Shown piece by piece: positions 35,396-45,105 of a stretch of 52,740 nt of DNA. Every line of letters begins with the position of its first letter. Position 1 is the stretch's first letter. The stretch covers positions 1 to 52,740 of the forward strand of contig JACRIR010000004.1 in the NCBI GenBank assembly GCA_016215705.1, in the 5' to 3' direction. The translations under genes and the position numbers were made by a program. Under the pieces are notes generated by a model. That model did no database searches. It saw only the letters and a list, made by a program, of their open reading frames with translations, and was not told the DNA's origin. Source of the DNA: Candidatus Poribacteria bacterium. Its GTDB lineage: Bacteria; Abyssobacteria; SURF-5.

Positions 35396-35707
35396 ATGGA
35401 AGGAAAGAACTCGAATCCGGCTGGCGTTAGGGAGGCTGTCACAAATACCGACCTATCACCTGCAGCGACGCCACAGCCTTCGGAGGCTCAGTCGCGCGTG
35501 CTGGCTCGTCTTCTCGGTATGGCCGATCGATATCGCTCTGAAGACGCTCTGTGCCAGGCCGCGGACATATGCTTTGACCTCATAGAAAACCATGAGCACT
35601 CTCCTGAGGCCGGGCGGGCGCGCGAGCATCTGATGGAAATAGCCGAGCACTACGAAAACGGCGGCCAGCGCCGTCTGGCGCGACACCTCTATGAAAGACT
35701 ACTGTGA
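35396..35707 (+). CDS. Small acidic hypothetical protein of the gvp locus
   Basis: 103 aa from the ATG with SD AAGGAGAG. No family recognised. Confidence 0.4.
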   Translation: MEGKNSNPAGVREAVTNTDLSPAATPQPSEAQSRVLARLLGMADRYRSEDALCQAADICFDLIENHEHSPEAGRAREHLMEIAEHYENGGQRRLARHLYERLL

Positions 35708-35972
35708 AATGGGCGGCGATAGTTCGCATGCGCGTCCTCCGCTCGATGAACGAGATCATATATCGCTGTGTGAGACGCTGGATCGCGTTCTCAATAAGGG
35801 GGTTGTCGTCGCCGGCGATATCGTGATATCGGTCGCGGACGTCGATCTCATATATCTCGGCCTTCGACTTGTTCTGAGTTCCGTCGAGACAGCAAGGCGC
35901 GTGGGCGCGATAGATGATGTGCGTGAGAGAAAGAGTGTGAAGCATGAATGCCTGCCAACGACCCAAAGCTGA
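35691..35972 (+). CDS. gvpM: GvpA-family minor protein (GvpJ/GvpM-like)
   Basis: The conserved core LCETLDRVLNKGVVVAGDIVISVADVDLIYLGLRLVLSSVE matches the GvpA/J/M fold motif. Confidence 0.65.
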   Translation: MKDYCEMGGDSSHARPPLDERDHISLCETLDRVLNKGVVVAGDIVISVADVDLIYLGLRLVLSSVETARRVGAIDDVRERKSVKHECLPTTQS

Positions 35973-36291
35973 GTCCCACTCACTGAGTGATTTTGCCGCG
36001 GCCATGACGCCAGCCGCATCTTCGTCTCCGAGGCGCATCGCACTGAAAAAAGATGACGTCAAGAACGGCCTCGGACAACTGGTCCTGACTCTTGTCGAAT
36101 TAATTCGGGAACTCCTGGAACGCCAGGCGATTAGGCGCATGGAGGCGAACTCGCTGACTAACGATGAGATAGAAAGGCTCGGAACCACGTTCTCACAGTT
36201 GTCGGAACAGATGGAAGAACTGAAGAAAGAATTCGGTCTGAAAGACGAAGACCTTAATATCGATCTCGGTCCCTTGGGCAAACTTCTATAG
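35944..36291 (+). CDS. gvpK: Gas vesicle protein GvpK
   Basis: GLGQLVLTLVELIRELLERQAIRRMEANSLTNDEIERLG matches the conserved GvpK helix motif. SD is present. Confidence 0.8.
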   Translation: MNACQRPKAESHSLSDFAAAMTPAASSSPRRIALKKDDVKNGLGQLVLTLVELIRELLERQAIRRMEANSLTNDEIERLGTTFSQLSEQMEELKKEFGLKDEDLNIDLGPLGKLL

Positions 36292-36303
36292 AGGGAGACG
36301 GCT

Positions 36304-36633
36304 ATGGTTACTCAGCAAACCGCAGTACAACACGCCATGCAAAGCGATAGGCTTGCAGATATCCTGGAACGTGTTCTCGATAAGGGCATAGTGATTGCCG
36401 GAGATATAAGGATTAAGCTTGTTGATATCGAGTTGCTAACGATTCAGATTCGCCTCGTGATTGCCTCGGTGGACAAAGCCCGAGAAATGGGTATGGACTG
36501 GTGGACGACCAGTTCATATTTCAGTTCAAAAGCCAAGGAATCTGAACGAGAAAGCGAAATCACCCAGTTGAAAAAGCGAATTGAACAACTCGAGGAAAAA
36601 GCGCCCGCAACAAAGGATTCCCGCAACGCATAA
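36304..36633 (+). CDS. gvpJ: GvpA-family minor protein GvpJ
   Basis: LADILERVLDKGIVIAGDIRIKLVDIELLTIQIRLVIASVDKAREMG plus a C-terminal extension. SD GAGGGAG is present. Confidence 0.8.
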   Translation: MVTQQTAVQHAMQSDRLADILERVLDKGIVIAGDIRIKLVDIELLTIQIRLVIASVDKAREMGMDWWTTSSYFSSKAKESERESEITQLKKRIEQLEEKAPATKDSRNA

Positions 36634-36838
36634 TTGCCCGGACGAGACTGTCCCTCAATTCCTAAAGTCCGATGCATGGGCGCTCCTCCCCCCTGCATGA
36701 GCGACCAGCCGATTGTTGGAAACATCGAAAAGGCCCGACCTCTCTCTTGCCCCCCCGACAAGCGCGTGTGGCCGGATTCCGCAAGTGTTGCTATAGTTAA
36801 GCGAATCACCCGAGTGGAGATAAGATCAAGGAGGGTTT

Positions 36839-37381
36839 ATGAACGTCTACAAGTGCAGAATCTGCGGAGACCCTTACGTAGGCAACACAAAACCTTCGAA
36901 TTGCCCATTTTGCGGGGCCCCTGCCAAGTATATAATACTTGCCGAAAACTGGGTTGAATCGGCTGTTCCCGAATTGACTGAGGTTTCGCGAAAGAATCTT
37001 GAAGCCTCGCTCAAGCTCGAAATCGAGAACACTCAATACTATCGCTGCGCCGCGGACTCTTCAAAGGACCCAATGGCGCAGGCTATGTTCAAGGCGCTTT
37101 CTCGAGTGGAAGCGGAGCATTCCGCGAAGGTGTGCAAGCTTCTGAACCATACAAAGGTCGAGATCGAGGATGATCCCAGGGCCTGCCTCGGCGTAACGGA
37201 TGAAGAGCGATTGAAAGAAGCGTTGCGCCGCGAACAGAGCGCCGTGAAATTCTACACTTCAGCGGCCGCCTCTGCCAAGGAAGCGCCGGTGAAAGAGTTT
37301 TTCGATGCGCTTGTCGAGGTTGAAAGCGACCACATAAGCCTATCGAATCTGGGTCTGGGATTGCCGGTAGAGGTTGCCTGA
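36839..37381 (+). CDS. Rubrerythrin-family protein with N-terminal rubredoxin-like zinc ribbon (reverse-rubrerythrin arrangement)
   Basis: CRICG...CPFCG at the N-terminus is followed by a ferritin-like four-helix region with ExxH-type motifs. SD AGGAGG is present. Confidence 0.65.
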   Translation: MNVYKCRICGDPYVGNTKPSNCPFCGAPAKYIILAENWVESAVPELTEVSRKNLEASLKLEIENTQYYRCAADSSKDPMAQAMFKALSRVEAEHSAKVCKLLNHTKVEIEDDPRACLGVTDEERLKEALRREQSAVKFYTSAAASAKEAPVKEFFDALVEVESDHISLSNLGLGLPVEVA

Positions 37382-37395
37382 CCTCCCGCCGCCGC

Positions 37396-40300
37396 TCAAT
37401 CGAATTTGACCGGTCCGGAAGCAAAAGGCGTAAACGTAACTTCGCCGAGTTGTGGATTTAGATGTCCGCCGGCAATTTCTCGCCGAATCGTATTCTCGTC
37501 GGTGGTGCCCCAATAGCATTCGGATGCGACAAAAGGCGATGCGGGTGCTTCGTTCCCGTTGTAGAGTTGAGTGCCGGAATTTCCATAAATATTGTTCCGC
37601 TCGAAGATCAGATATCCCACAACGAACACGCCTCCGTTATCTTCGTCCGAAAGACCGGTGTTTGCGCTCACTGTGTTCTGCGTGAAGACCTCGTTTTCGA
37701 TAGATGCTCCCCAGAAATTGATGTAGACGCCGCCGCCGAACCTGCTCAAAGCTTTGTTGGAGGACACACGGTTACGGGTCATGGCGCTGTTTCGTTCGGC
37801 GTAGACGCCGCCGCCGTGATTGGCCTCGTTATCATGCACCTTGTTGTTGTCGACGAGCCCGAACGTGGAATAGATGCCGCCACCGTCGCCATCGGCGCGG
37901 TTTGACTCCACGTCATTGCCGACGGCCGAGGACCGCGAGAGAAATACGCCGCCTCCATCACCATCCGCTTTGTTTCCGAAAATGTCGTTGCCTTCCACAC
38001 GGATGGTCGAGGTGTTCATGTATCCATATGCGAAAACGCCGCCACCGTCGCCGCCTGCCTTGTTGTGATGAATCTTGTTAGACGTTATGTGTATGATATC
38101 GTTTGTATATGCATAGACGCCGCCTCCGTTTGTGGCGGAAACGTTATCGTGAATATCGTTGCCTGTGATGACGGGACCGCCCTGACGGATTGCTAACCCG
38201 CTGCCCTCGTGATATGCAATTGTGGAGTCTTTTATCAGTGGCGACGCGGACTCTATAAGTATCCCCTTGCCTTTCTCTACAACGCATCTCTCGAGAATGC
38301 ATCCGTCAAGATAGTCTCCGCTGCTGTTAAACTGGACGTCCTGGCTCAAATCCGCAAATATTATCTTGCCCCATCTCGCATCTGAATCTGCCGTGAATGT
38401 TATAGGATTCGAGAGGGTCCCTTTTGCCGCCAGCTTGCCGCGCACCATCAAGTTCTTGCCGCCCGCAACGCGAACGTGGACGCCTGGCTCTATCTCGAGG
38501 GCGCCACCCGGCATGACAAGCACATTATCAACCATTACGTATGGGCTCAAGCTCTTCCGAAGCTTCAATGTAGTTGTTATCGGGCCGGCCAGCAGCGAGG
38601 GGCTGTCAGCGATAGTTGTGAAGCCGGTTGGTTTGCTCCACTGCGACCAACTGCCCCCGGTCTTGCGATATGCCACGCGCCAGAAATACGTTTGATTGGC
38701 GAGAAGGTCCAGACCGGCAAGATTGAAGTTCAGGAGTTTATCGCCTGTTAGCAGTACGTCGGCTGCAGGAGCAGTGAAATCGGCGGGGGATGTTGATATC
38801 TGCCACCGCGACGAGTCGATGGCGCCGATCATCTCAGGAGCGCCGGTCGCGGGAATGTTCGTCTGAGTACTCGCTGTCAGAACCGCATTTCGCGGCAGGG
38901 CCGTTTCTCCGTCGGACGGAGACACGTTTTGAGGCGGCGCGAGGGATTCATCTCTGCCGGTGAAACGTATTTTGAGTTCCTCGGAGAAGCCGGTTTCTAC
39001 GAGTCTGCTGTCAACGTGTTGATAGCCGGAGACCGCAAAGAAATACTCCTGTCCCTGCTTAAGGTCGCTTATCATGCATCGCTTATCGGGCCCAATTTGA
39101 ATCGCGGACTCGTAGGGATATCCGCTCCCGGTCCCTGCGTAAACCTTATGTCCCTCGAACAAGAGTCCCTGTGGCTCCTCCCATGAGAGTTCCACGCCTT
39201 CATTTTTTGCTGTGGCTATAACGTTCACAGGCGGAGGCGCGGGAGCAGTTGTCGCCAGACTGTCGAGGGAAGGCAGGCAACTGGCCAGGCCGACTTCGTC
39301 GTTATCGAGCCAGTCAAACGTCAGGTGGAGTATTGCTCGCTCCGCTGCTCCCCAATAATTACGCGCTGCCATCACGTAAGGGGCCTCGGCTACGTTCGCG
39401 ACGCGGAGCCCAAATCCCCGATTGTTCAAGAGGTTGTTTTCGTGGATATCCGGGTTGCCGGACACATAGACGCCTCCGCATGCGTTCTCGCCGTTCGCTT
39501 TGTTTCCGGCAAACGAGTTTTGGTGAATTTTGCCGGAGCCGAAATAGTAAAGTCCTCCGCCTTCAGGATTCAGCGCAATGTTTCCTATCACGCTGTTTGA
39601 GACGATTTCGGCGTTCTCGGCGTACGCGCCGCCACCTTGTCCGGCGGTGTTGGACTGTATAAGGTTTTCACGCACGAGGGAATCTACGGCATAAACGCCG
39701 CCGCCCTTCTCGGCTGCCGTATTCCCAATGACAGTATTCCGGAGAATCTGCGTTTCATAGGCGTACATGCCCCCGCCAAAGCGGTCACTGGTATTCCCGT
39801 ATATTACATTGTCCCTTACGATAATATGGCCGCCCTCATAAGCGTAGGCGTAAATGCCGCCGCCGCCATGTCGTCCGCCTTCAGATATGTTGTTGTTGAT
39901 CGTGTTGTCCGCTATGAGGACGTTCCTGTCGGTGTATGCGATTATGCCGCCTCCGTTGCCCGAGGCGAAGTCTTCCCTTGTCGAGTTTCCGTGAATGTGG
40001 TTTCCGACAATGCGCGGCGCGCCGAATTCGATTCGGATACCGCTCGAAACGTTGTCCCGGATATCGCATTGCGTGATGAAAGGCGCCCCGAACCGTATGA
40101 AAATACCTTGCCCCTTCTCGACGACGCAGTTCCGCATGATGCAGCCGCTGATGAAGTCTCCACTCTCTGAGAAGAGGGCGTCATCGCTGAAGTCCGTGAA
40201 ATGAATAGTTCCCCACGGTTTGTTGGTTTGAGCCGTAAAGATTATCGGCTTTTCGGGCGTACCAACCGCTGTCAGCTTGCCTCTCAACTCGATCGTCTTC

Positions 40301-40560
40301 TCCGGCCCCAGTTCTATTCTGACGCCCGGTTGAATTTGGAGCGTCGCGCCTTCCTCGAGGCGGATGTTGTTTTTCACGATATACGGGCTTTGCTTTGCCC
40401 GCCACACGGCATTCCCCGAGATGTTGCGATCAATTGTGGTCGCTGCCTGCGAGAGTGAGGGACCACTCGCCACAATTGCAGACAACACAACCACGCCGAG
40501 CAGCTTTCGAATGCAGGATGTCATCATCATATACCCCCCCATTTGCATATTCCGGTTCAT
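37396..40560 (-). CDS. Large secreted right-handed parallel-beta-helix repeat protein with internal ~450-aa duplication and an Fn3-like linker
   Basis: N-terminal signal peptide. There are many GNxI / NNxI beta-helix rungs. Two homologous modules are present (residues ~40-330 and ~640-930) with the same order of conserved blocks. Confidence 0.7.
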   Translation of the reverse strand: MNRNMQMGGYMMMTSCIRKLLGVVVLSAIVASGPSLSQAATTIDRNISGNAVWRAKQSPYIVKNNIRLEEGATLQIQPGVRIELGPEKTIELRGKLTAVGTPEKPIIFTAQTNKPWGTIHFTDFSDDALFSESGDFISGCIMRNCVVEKGQGIFIRFGAPFITQCDIRDNVSSGIRIEFGAPRIVGNHIHGNSTREDFASGNGGGIIAYTDRNVLIADNTINNNISEGGRHGGGGIYAYAYEGGHIIVRDNVIYGNTSDRFGGGMYAYETQILRNTVIGNTAAEKGGGVYAVDSLVRENLIQSNTAGQGGGAYAENAEIVSNSVIGNIALNPEGGGLYYFGSGKIHQNSFAGNKANGENACGGVYVSGNPDIHENNLLNNRGFGLRVANVAEAPYVMAARNYWGAAERAILHLTFDWLDNDEVGLASCLPSLDSLATTAPAPPPVNVIATAKNEGVELSWEEPQGLLFEGHKVYAGTGSGYPYESAIQIGPDKRCMISDLKQGQEYFFAVSGYQHVDSRLVETGFSEELKIRFTGRDESLAPPQNVSPSDGETALPRNAVLTASTQTNIPATGAPEMIGAIDSSRWQISTSPADFTAPAADVLLTGDKLLNFNLAGLDLLANQTYFWRVAYRKTGGSWSQWSKPTGFTTIADSPSLLAGPITTTLKLRKSLSPYVMVDNVLVMPGGALEIEPGVHVRVAGGKNLMVRGKLAAKGTLSNPITFTADSDARWGKIIFADLSQDVQFNSSGDYLDGCILERCVVEKGKGILIESASPLIKDSTIAYHEGSGLAIRQGGPVITGNDIHDNVSATNGGGVYAYTNDIIHITSNKIHHNKAGGDGGGVFAYGYMNTSTIRVEGNDIFGNKADGDGGGVFLSRSSAVGNDVESNRADGDGGGIYSTFGLVDNNKVHDNEANHGGGVYAERNSAMTRNRVSSNKALSRFGGGVYINFWGASIENEVFTQNTVSANTGLSDEDNGGVFVVGYLIFERNNIYGNSGTQLYNGNEAPASPFVASECYWGTTDENTIRREIAGGHLNPQLGEVTFTPFASGPVKFD

Positions 40561-40563
40561 CTC

Positions 40564-42780
40564 CTAGTACTCCTCCATCTGAGTCCAATCCACTTCCGGG
40601 CCTTTCGGCTTCTTCTCTTCCTCAGTTATAGGCGTGGGCACTTTGTCCATGATCATGAGGTACTTTGAGACCAGGTCGATCCACATCTCCGGGTCCGATA
40701 CTCTAGGCGCGCCGTCCGGAGTGTAGTATACGTAAGGCATTTTTGTGCCTGCGCCCGCGTATTTGTCCGGATTCCGCAGGAAATTCTTTATCCATTCGAA
40801 TCGCAGCCTGTTCTTGGAAAGCATGAGGTTTATGGACAGGTCTTCGAGCTTGACGTCCGCCGGCAGACCGCCTTCCACCGAGATGGGATGACATTGCATA
40901 CATTTGTCGGAACGCACTTTGTATTCTCCCATGTCGATGTCAAGTTTCGGCATTTCCTCTCGCTGGGGAAGGAGCACGTACGGCGCACGCGCAACCTGGG
41001 GCGAAGTCGCCGTAATCGAGAAATAGTCAATCAGGCTCTGGGCTTGCTCGTACGAGAATGAGAAAGTGGGCATCCTCATCTTGAGCCATGGCCTCATTGG
41101 GACAGGCTTGCTCAGATACTGAAACGCCCATTGCGGCTGCACTTTGTCGCCCTCGCCCACGAGACGCGGCGGCACATACGTCTTCAGGCCGATGAACTGG
41201 TCGATGCGCGGCTTCACATTTTCCTCGAACATGTGGCAGCCGCGGCAGTTACTCTCCGTGATAATCCTGTCCCCGGCCAGCGCCGCTCGCTGGCCCGGTG
41301 TGGCTGCAAACATATACTTTTCCGGCAGAGGGAACGCGCGATTGGAGAGATAGAAAGTTGTCAGGCTTTCCATCTCCTCTTTCTCGAATTGGTACTGAGG
41401 CATCTTGAGCGGCATGTCTTTGGTTTCATAGATTTTCGGATTCTTGATCTTGTTGTATATCCAGTCCCATTTTGTTCTCTCAACCTTCGAGTCACCGAAC
41501 GGGAGTTCGTCGAGCGTCTTCTTGGCGACCTCGGCAACCTCGACGCCGGGCATCGGCGCCTTATCAAGCGACTTGATTCTGTGACATCCGTAGCAGCCGA
41601 ACAACTGCACCAGTTTTTCGCCGTTCTGTATTGAAGCTCCCTTGGTTGTCAGCTTCTCGACGCTCACGATGTCGCGGCTCGCCTTGAGAGACATGAGGTA
41701 AACCGTAAGATTCTTCCTGTCCGTCTCCGTGATATCCAGTCTTGGCATCGGTGTCTCGGGATTGTATGCCTTCGGGTCCTTGAGGTACTCGAATAGCCAA
41801 TTGGCGTTCAGCTTAACGCCTGCGTCGGAAAGGTTCGGAACACGGCGGGCGAGAGAAGCCTCGTCCTTGCTTGTCGAATGGCACGCCTTGCACCCAAGTT
41901 CCGTGAAGAGGCGCTCTCCTTCGGTCTTTGACGCCGAAGCGAGATCGACCTTCGGGTAGGCGCTCTCCGATTTCAGCGAGAGTACAAAAGCGGTCAAATC
42001 TCTCATCTCATCATCGGTAAGTTTGAACGCAGGCATAACGGTGTTCGGCCGAACCTTCTCAGGTGTTCGCAGCCAGCTTAGCATCCATCGTTCATTCGCA
42101 AGCTTGTCTTTCAACCCCTCGAAAGTCGGCGCGAACTTTTGAAGTTTCTCGAATCCCCGGGCGCTGTGACAGGAATAGCAGCCGTACTTTGAAAACGCGA
42201 GACGACCCGCCTCAACTTTTTCCGCGCCTTTGAGTCCATGCGGGGTCTCGTGGCAGCCGATGCATGTAGCTTGCAGGTATTCCTTCGGAATGAGCGGGTT
42301 GAACCAGGTGTCCTGTCGTCCGTGGGCAGCGCGAGTTGATGTGCCTACTCCTTGTCCGCTATGACAGATGGTACAGCCGAACTTCTCCACGCGGTGCTGG
42401 TTCAAATATTCTCCCGGGTGTGTCCTGAACGGTTCGGGCGCGTCAGCAAACAGAGGGTTGTCGATTCCAAGGTGACAAGTTGTGCAAAGGTCTCTGATAT
42501 TGGCTTCAGGCAGGAATACCTGGCGCAGACGTAGGGGCGTCGATGCTACCTCGCGAAGCTGTTTTTCCCACTCTTCTTTGCTGGAAGGGTTGGTTCTTTC
42601 GATAGGGTTTTTGATTTTCGCCTGTAACCTGCTTTCATGGATTCTCTGGAATTTGCGCTGGTATTCGATCCATTCCTTCCGGGTCTCATCCTGGAACACG
42701 CGATAGCTCAACGCCGCGAATACAATCATCGCTGCCGAGAATAACAGACGATGGCTCATTTTTGCTCTGATTCCGCTCAT
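40564..42780 (-). CDS. Membrane-anchored octaheme c-type cytochrome
   Basis: An N-terminal TM helix and eight CxxCH motifs (CTTCH, CTICH, CIGCH, CYSCH, CKACH, CYGCH, CRGCH, CMQCH). Confidence 0.8.
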   Translation of the reverse strand: MSGIRAKMSHRLLFSAAMIVFAALSYRVFQDETRKEWIEYQRKFQRIHESRLQAKIKNPIERTNPSSKEEWEKQLREVASTPLRLRQVFLPEANIRDLCTTCHLGIDNPLFADAPEPFRTHPGEYLNQHRVEKFGCTICHSGQGVGTSTRAAHGRQDTWFNPLIPKEYLQATCIGCHETPHGLKGAEKVEAGRLAFSKYGCYSCHSARGFEKLQKFAPTFEGLKDKLANERWMLSWLRTPEKVRPNTVMPAFKLTDDEMRDLTAFVLSLKSESAYPKVDLASASKTEGERLFTELGCKACHSTSKDEASLARRVPNLSDAGVKLNANWLFEYLKDPKAYNPETPMPRLDITETDRKNLTVYLMSLKASRDIVSVEKLTTKGASIQNGEKLVQLFGCYGCHRIKSLDKAPMPGVEVAEVAKKTLDELPFGDSKVERTKWDWIYNKIKNPKIYETKDMPLKMPQYQFEKEEMESLTTFYLSNRAFPLPEKYMFAATPGQRAALAGDRIITESNCRGCHMFEENVKPRIDQFIGLKTYVPPRLVGEGDKVQPQWAFQYLSKPVPMRPWLKMRMPTFSFSYEQAQSLIDYFSITATSPQVARAPYVLLPQREEMPKLDIDMGEYKVRSDKCMQCHPISVEGGLPADVKLEDLSINLMLSKNRLRFEWIKNFLRNPDKYAGAGTKMPYVYYTPDGAPRVSDPEMWIDLVSKYLMIMDKVPTPITEEEKKPKGPEVDWTQMEEY

Positions 42781-42793
42781 ATTTGTCTTCTGC

Positions 42794-43537
42794 TCAGATG
42801 TTGAACCAGGGCGTCACCAATATGTATCTGACATTGAACGCCAGCCTGAGGATGATTTTCACAACGACGCCGTACATCAGAAGCACGAGCGTCACGGCAG
42901 CCACATACCGCGCGACGCCCATCTTTTGGAGGAATTTTCTGTAGAGGAGTTTGGGCAACGTCAGACCGAGCCCGAAATACAGGGCGAGCAGACCCATTCC
43001 TGACCATTGCGACATGTTCACCAGTGTTTCCTCGGCGCTCTTGGCGACGGACCAATCTTCCCATGGCCAGTAAAACTGCCAATTGGGGCCGCGCAAGAAT
43101 TGTCCAACCAGAATCAGAATTATCCACATGGAGAAACCGAAGATGAAGCTGGAAGCTGCCGCCTTCCGCCCGCGCAGGCGATAGGTTCCAACTCCGGATT
43201 TGCTCACGTCGAGATAGGGGATAAGCATAAGTCCGAGGATAATCAAGGTGGGGACGGTCACACCGGCGATCCATGGATCGAAATACACAAGCAACTCCTG
43301 GAGTCCGACGAAATACCACGGCGCCTTTGCCGGGTTTTCGGTTTTGTTCGCGTCTGCTATGCTGCGCAGCGGCGCATTCACAGTCATCGACCATAGGAGC
43401 AATCCGATGGAGGCAACAATCACGGCGATGGCCTCTTTGATCACAAGGTCAGGCAATACGAACGCATATTCGTCCCGATACACGTCATCGAGCTTCTTCT
43501 CTTCTATTCCCATCTCCACATCCTTGGAATACGTCAA
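42794..43537 (-). CDS. Cytochrome b C-terminal-domain subunit (PetD / subunit-IV-like) of a bc-type complex
   Basis: Polytopic membrane protein lying 72 nt downstream of the cytochrome b N-terminal gene and 13 nt upstream of the octaheme gene. Confidence 0.6.
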   Translation of the reverse strand: MTYSKDVEMGIEEKKLDDVYRDEYAFVLPDLVIKEAIAVIVASIGLLLWSMTVNAPLRSIADANKTENPAKAPWYFVGLQELLVYFDPWIAGVTVPTLIILGLMLIPYLDVSKSGVGTYRLRGRKAAASSFIFGFSMWIILILVGQFLRGPNWQFYWPWEDWSVAKSAEETLVNMSQWSGMGLLALYFGLGLTLPKLLYRKFLQKMGVARYVAAVTLVLLMYGVVVKIILRLAFNVRYILVTPWFNI

Positions 43538-43605
43538 TACTCGCTAATCTGTGCCCTTCGCAAATGATGAATGAGAGAATTCATCATTCCGCATTCATCG
43601 TAAAC

Positions 43606-44373
43606 CTAAAGCGGGTGCGAAATCCCGCCGTCTTTTCTTATCCGCCAGAAATGAACCAACATAAGAACGGTCGCCGCCAGTGGCAGGAAGATGCAGTGGA
43701 GCACGTAGAATCGGAGAAGAGCGTTTTCCCCCACGGCGGTGTCGCCAAGTAGCAAGTAGCGAACGTCGTTGTCGGGCCGGATGCCGAGCACGGAATGGAA
43801 AGGTCCGTCTGCTCCCAGGAACGGAGTTGCGCCTCCCATTCTTGTGCCGACCGTGATGGCCCAGAACGAAAGCTGGTCCCACGGCAGAAGATAGCCGGTG
43901 AAACTGAGCAGTAACGTCAGCACTAGGAGGACTACTCCCACCACCCAGTTGAATTCCCTCGGCGGCTTGTACGAACCCGTCAGGAAAACGCGAAGCATGT
44001 GCATCATCACCAGAATCACCATCGCATGGGCGGCCCAACGGTGCAGGTTGCGCATAACCACTCCAAACTTCACCGAGTGCTCGAGCAGCCTCATATCGAG
44101 GTACGCATATTCCACCGTCGGGCGATAATAGAACATGAGAAGTACGCCGGTCACTACCTCCACGATGAACATATAAAACGTGAGCCCGCCCAGGCAGAAG
44201 GTATGCGTGATCCTTAAGCCGGTCCTGTGGACCTTGGGCGGATGAACGTGAAGGAAAAAGTTGGAGACTACCGTCAGAACCCTGTTGCGGGACGTGTCGC
44301 TAAACCGGTGTCGGAATATGGACCGCCATATCTGACTCTTTGTGACTTTTTCTGAAATCCTGTTCATCGTCAT
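43606..44373 (-). CDS. Cytochrome b (b6-like N-terminal domain) of a bc-type complex
   Basis: Four TM helices with conserved His pairs ([10 protein letters not shown]; [10 protein letters not shown]...H) and a PWDQLSFWA motif typical of cytochrome b/b6. The start is taken at MTMNR (44373); the ORF track start at 44493 overlaps the upstream gene. Confidence 0.75.
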   Translation of the reverse strand: MTMNRISEKVTKSQIWRSIFRHRFSDTSRNRVLTVVSNFFLHVHPPKVHRTGLRITHTFCLGGLTFYMFIVEVVTGVLLMFYYRPTVEYAYLDMRLLEHSVKFGVVMRNLHRWAAHAMVILVMMHMLRVFLTGSYKPPREFNWVVGVVLLVLTLLLSFTGYLLPWDQLSFWAITVGTRMGGATPFLGADGPFHSVLGIRPDNDVRYLLLGDTAVGENALLRFYVLHCIFLPLAATVLMLVHFWRIRKDGGISHPL

Positions 44374-44390
44374 ATCAAAGACATTAAGCG

Positions 44391-45098
44391 CTATTTCCCC
44401 GGATATAGCCCCCTGAGATACGCCATGTCCGCCGTGCAAAAATTTGCCGACAAACCAACGAGGGAGCAATAAAACGAAACGGCCGGCTCGCAAAGGTTAG
44501 GAATGTTCGCCTTGAAAACAGCCTCCGTCTTCTTGTGAAGTTGAGGCAGCCACTTCGCCGGGTGTCGTGAGAGAAAATCTATTTCGGCTGCGCAATAAGG
44601 CGCCGGGTCTTCTCCACGCTGGAGCGCAAGCACCTCTTTGAACGCCAGATAATGCATGAACTCAAGCTCGGTTGTTATGTGATCGGGCACTTCTCTTTCC
44701 CGCGCTTCGGCCACGCTGAGACCGAAATGGTTGTAGAAGCGCACAAGCTCTTCCATGTTTCCCATACGGTCGGCCGCGTACTTTCCCTCGATCAGGGGAC
44801 AGGGAGGGCCACCGGGCCCTCCTTCAAAAACCCTGACGAACTCGGCCTCAAAATCGTCCTGTGAGACGCCCTTGAGCAGTTGTCCGGAAAGGGCGCCCTC
44901 TTCTATCCGGACCTCAAACGGAATCTCGCGCAACACCGCCAGGGCCGACTTGAGGACGTCGCCGTCCCTGGCCATTTTGAGGAACTCCTCGTCGGGATAA
45001 CGGAATGATTCCGCCAGAAACCGGTACGTCTGGCTCCGGCGGGCTCGCGCCATCTGCTCCGGACCTTCTATTTGGCCTAATTCGGCGAATGGTTTCAT
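44391..45098 (-). CDS. TorD/DmsD/NarJ-family molybdoenzyme maturation chaperone (delta subunit)
   Basis: All-helical ~235-aa protein with family-like acidic motifs, immediately after the beta subunit. The start is at MKPFAELG; the ORF track start at 45269 overlaps the beta gene by 160 nt. Confidence 0.55.
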   Translation of the reverse strand: MKPFAELGQIEGPEQMARARRSQTYRFLAESFRYPDEEFLKMARDGDVLKSALAVLREIPFEVRIEEGALSGQLLKGVSQDDFEAEFVRVFEGGPGGPPCPLIEGKYAADRMGNMEELVRFYNHFGLSVAEAREREVPDHITTELEFMHYLAFKEVLALQRGEDPAPYCAAEIDFLSRHPAKWLPQLHKKTEAVFKANIPNLCEPAVSFYCSLVGLSANFCTADMAYLRGLYPGK

Positions 45099-45105
45099 GC
45101 TTGCC

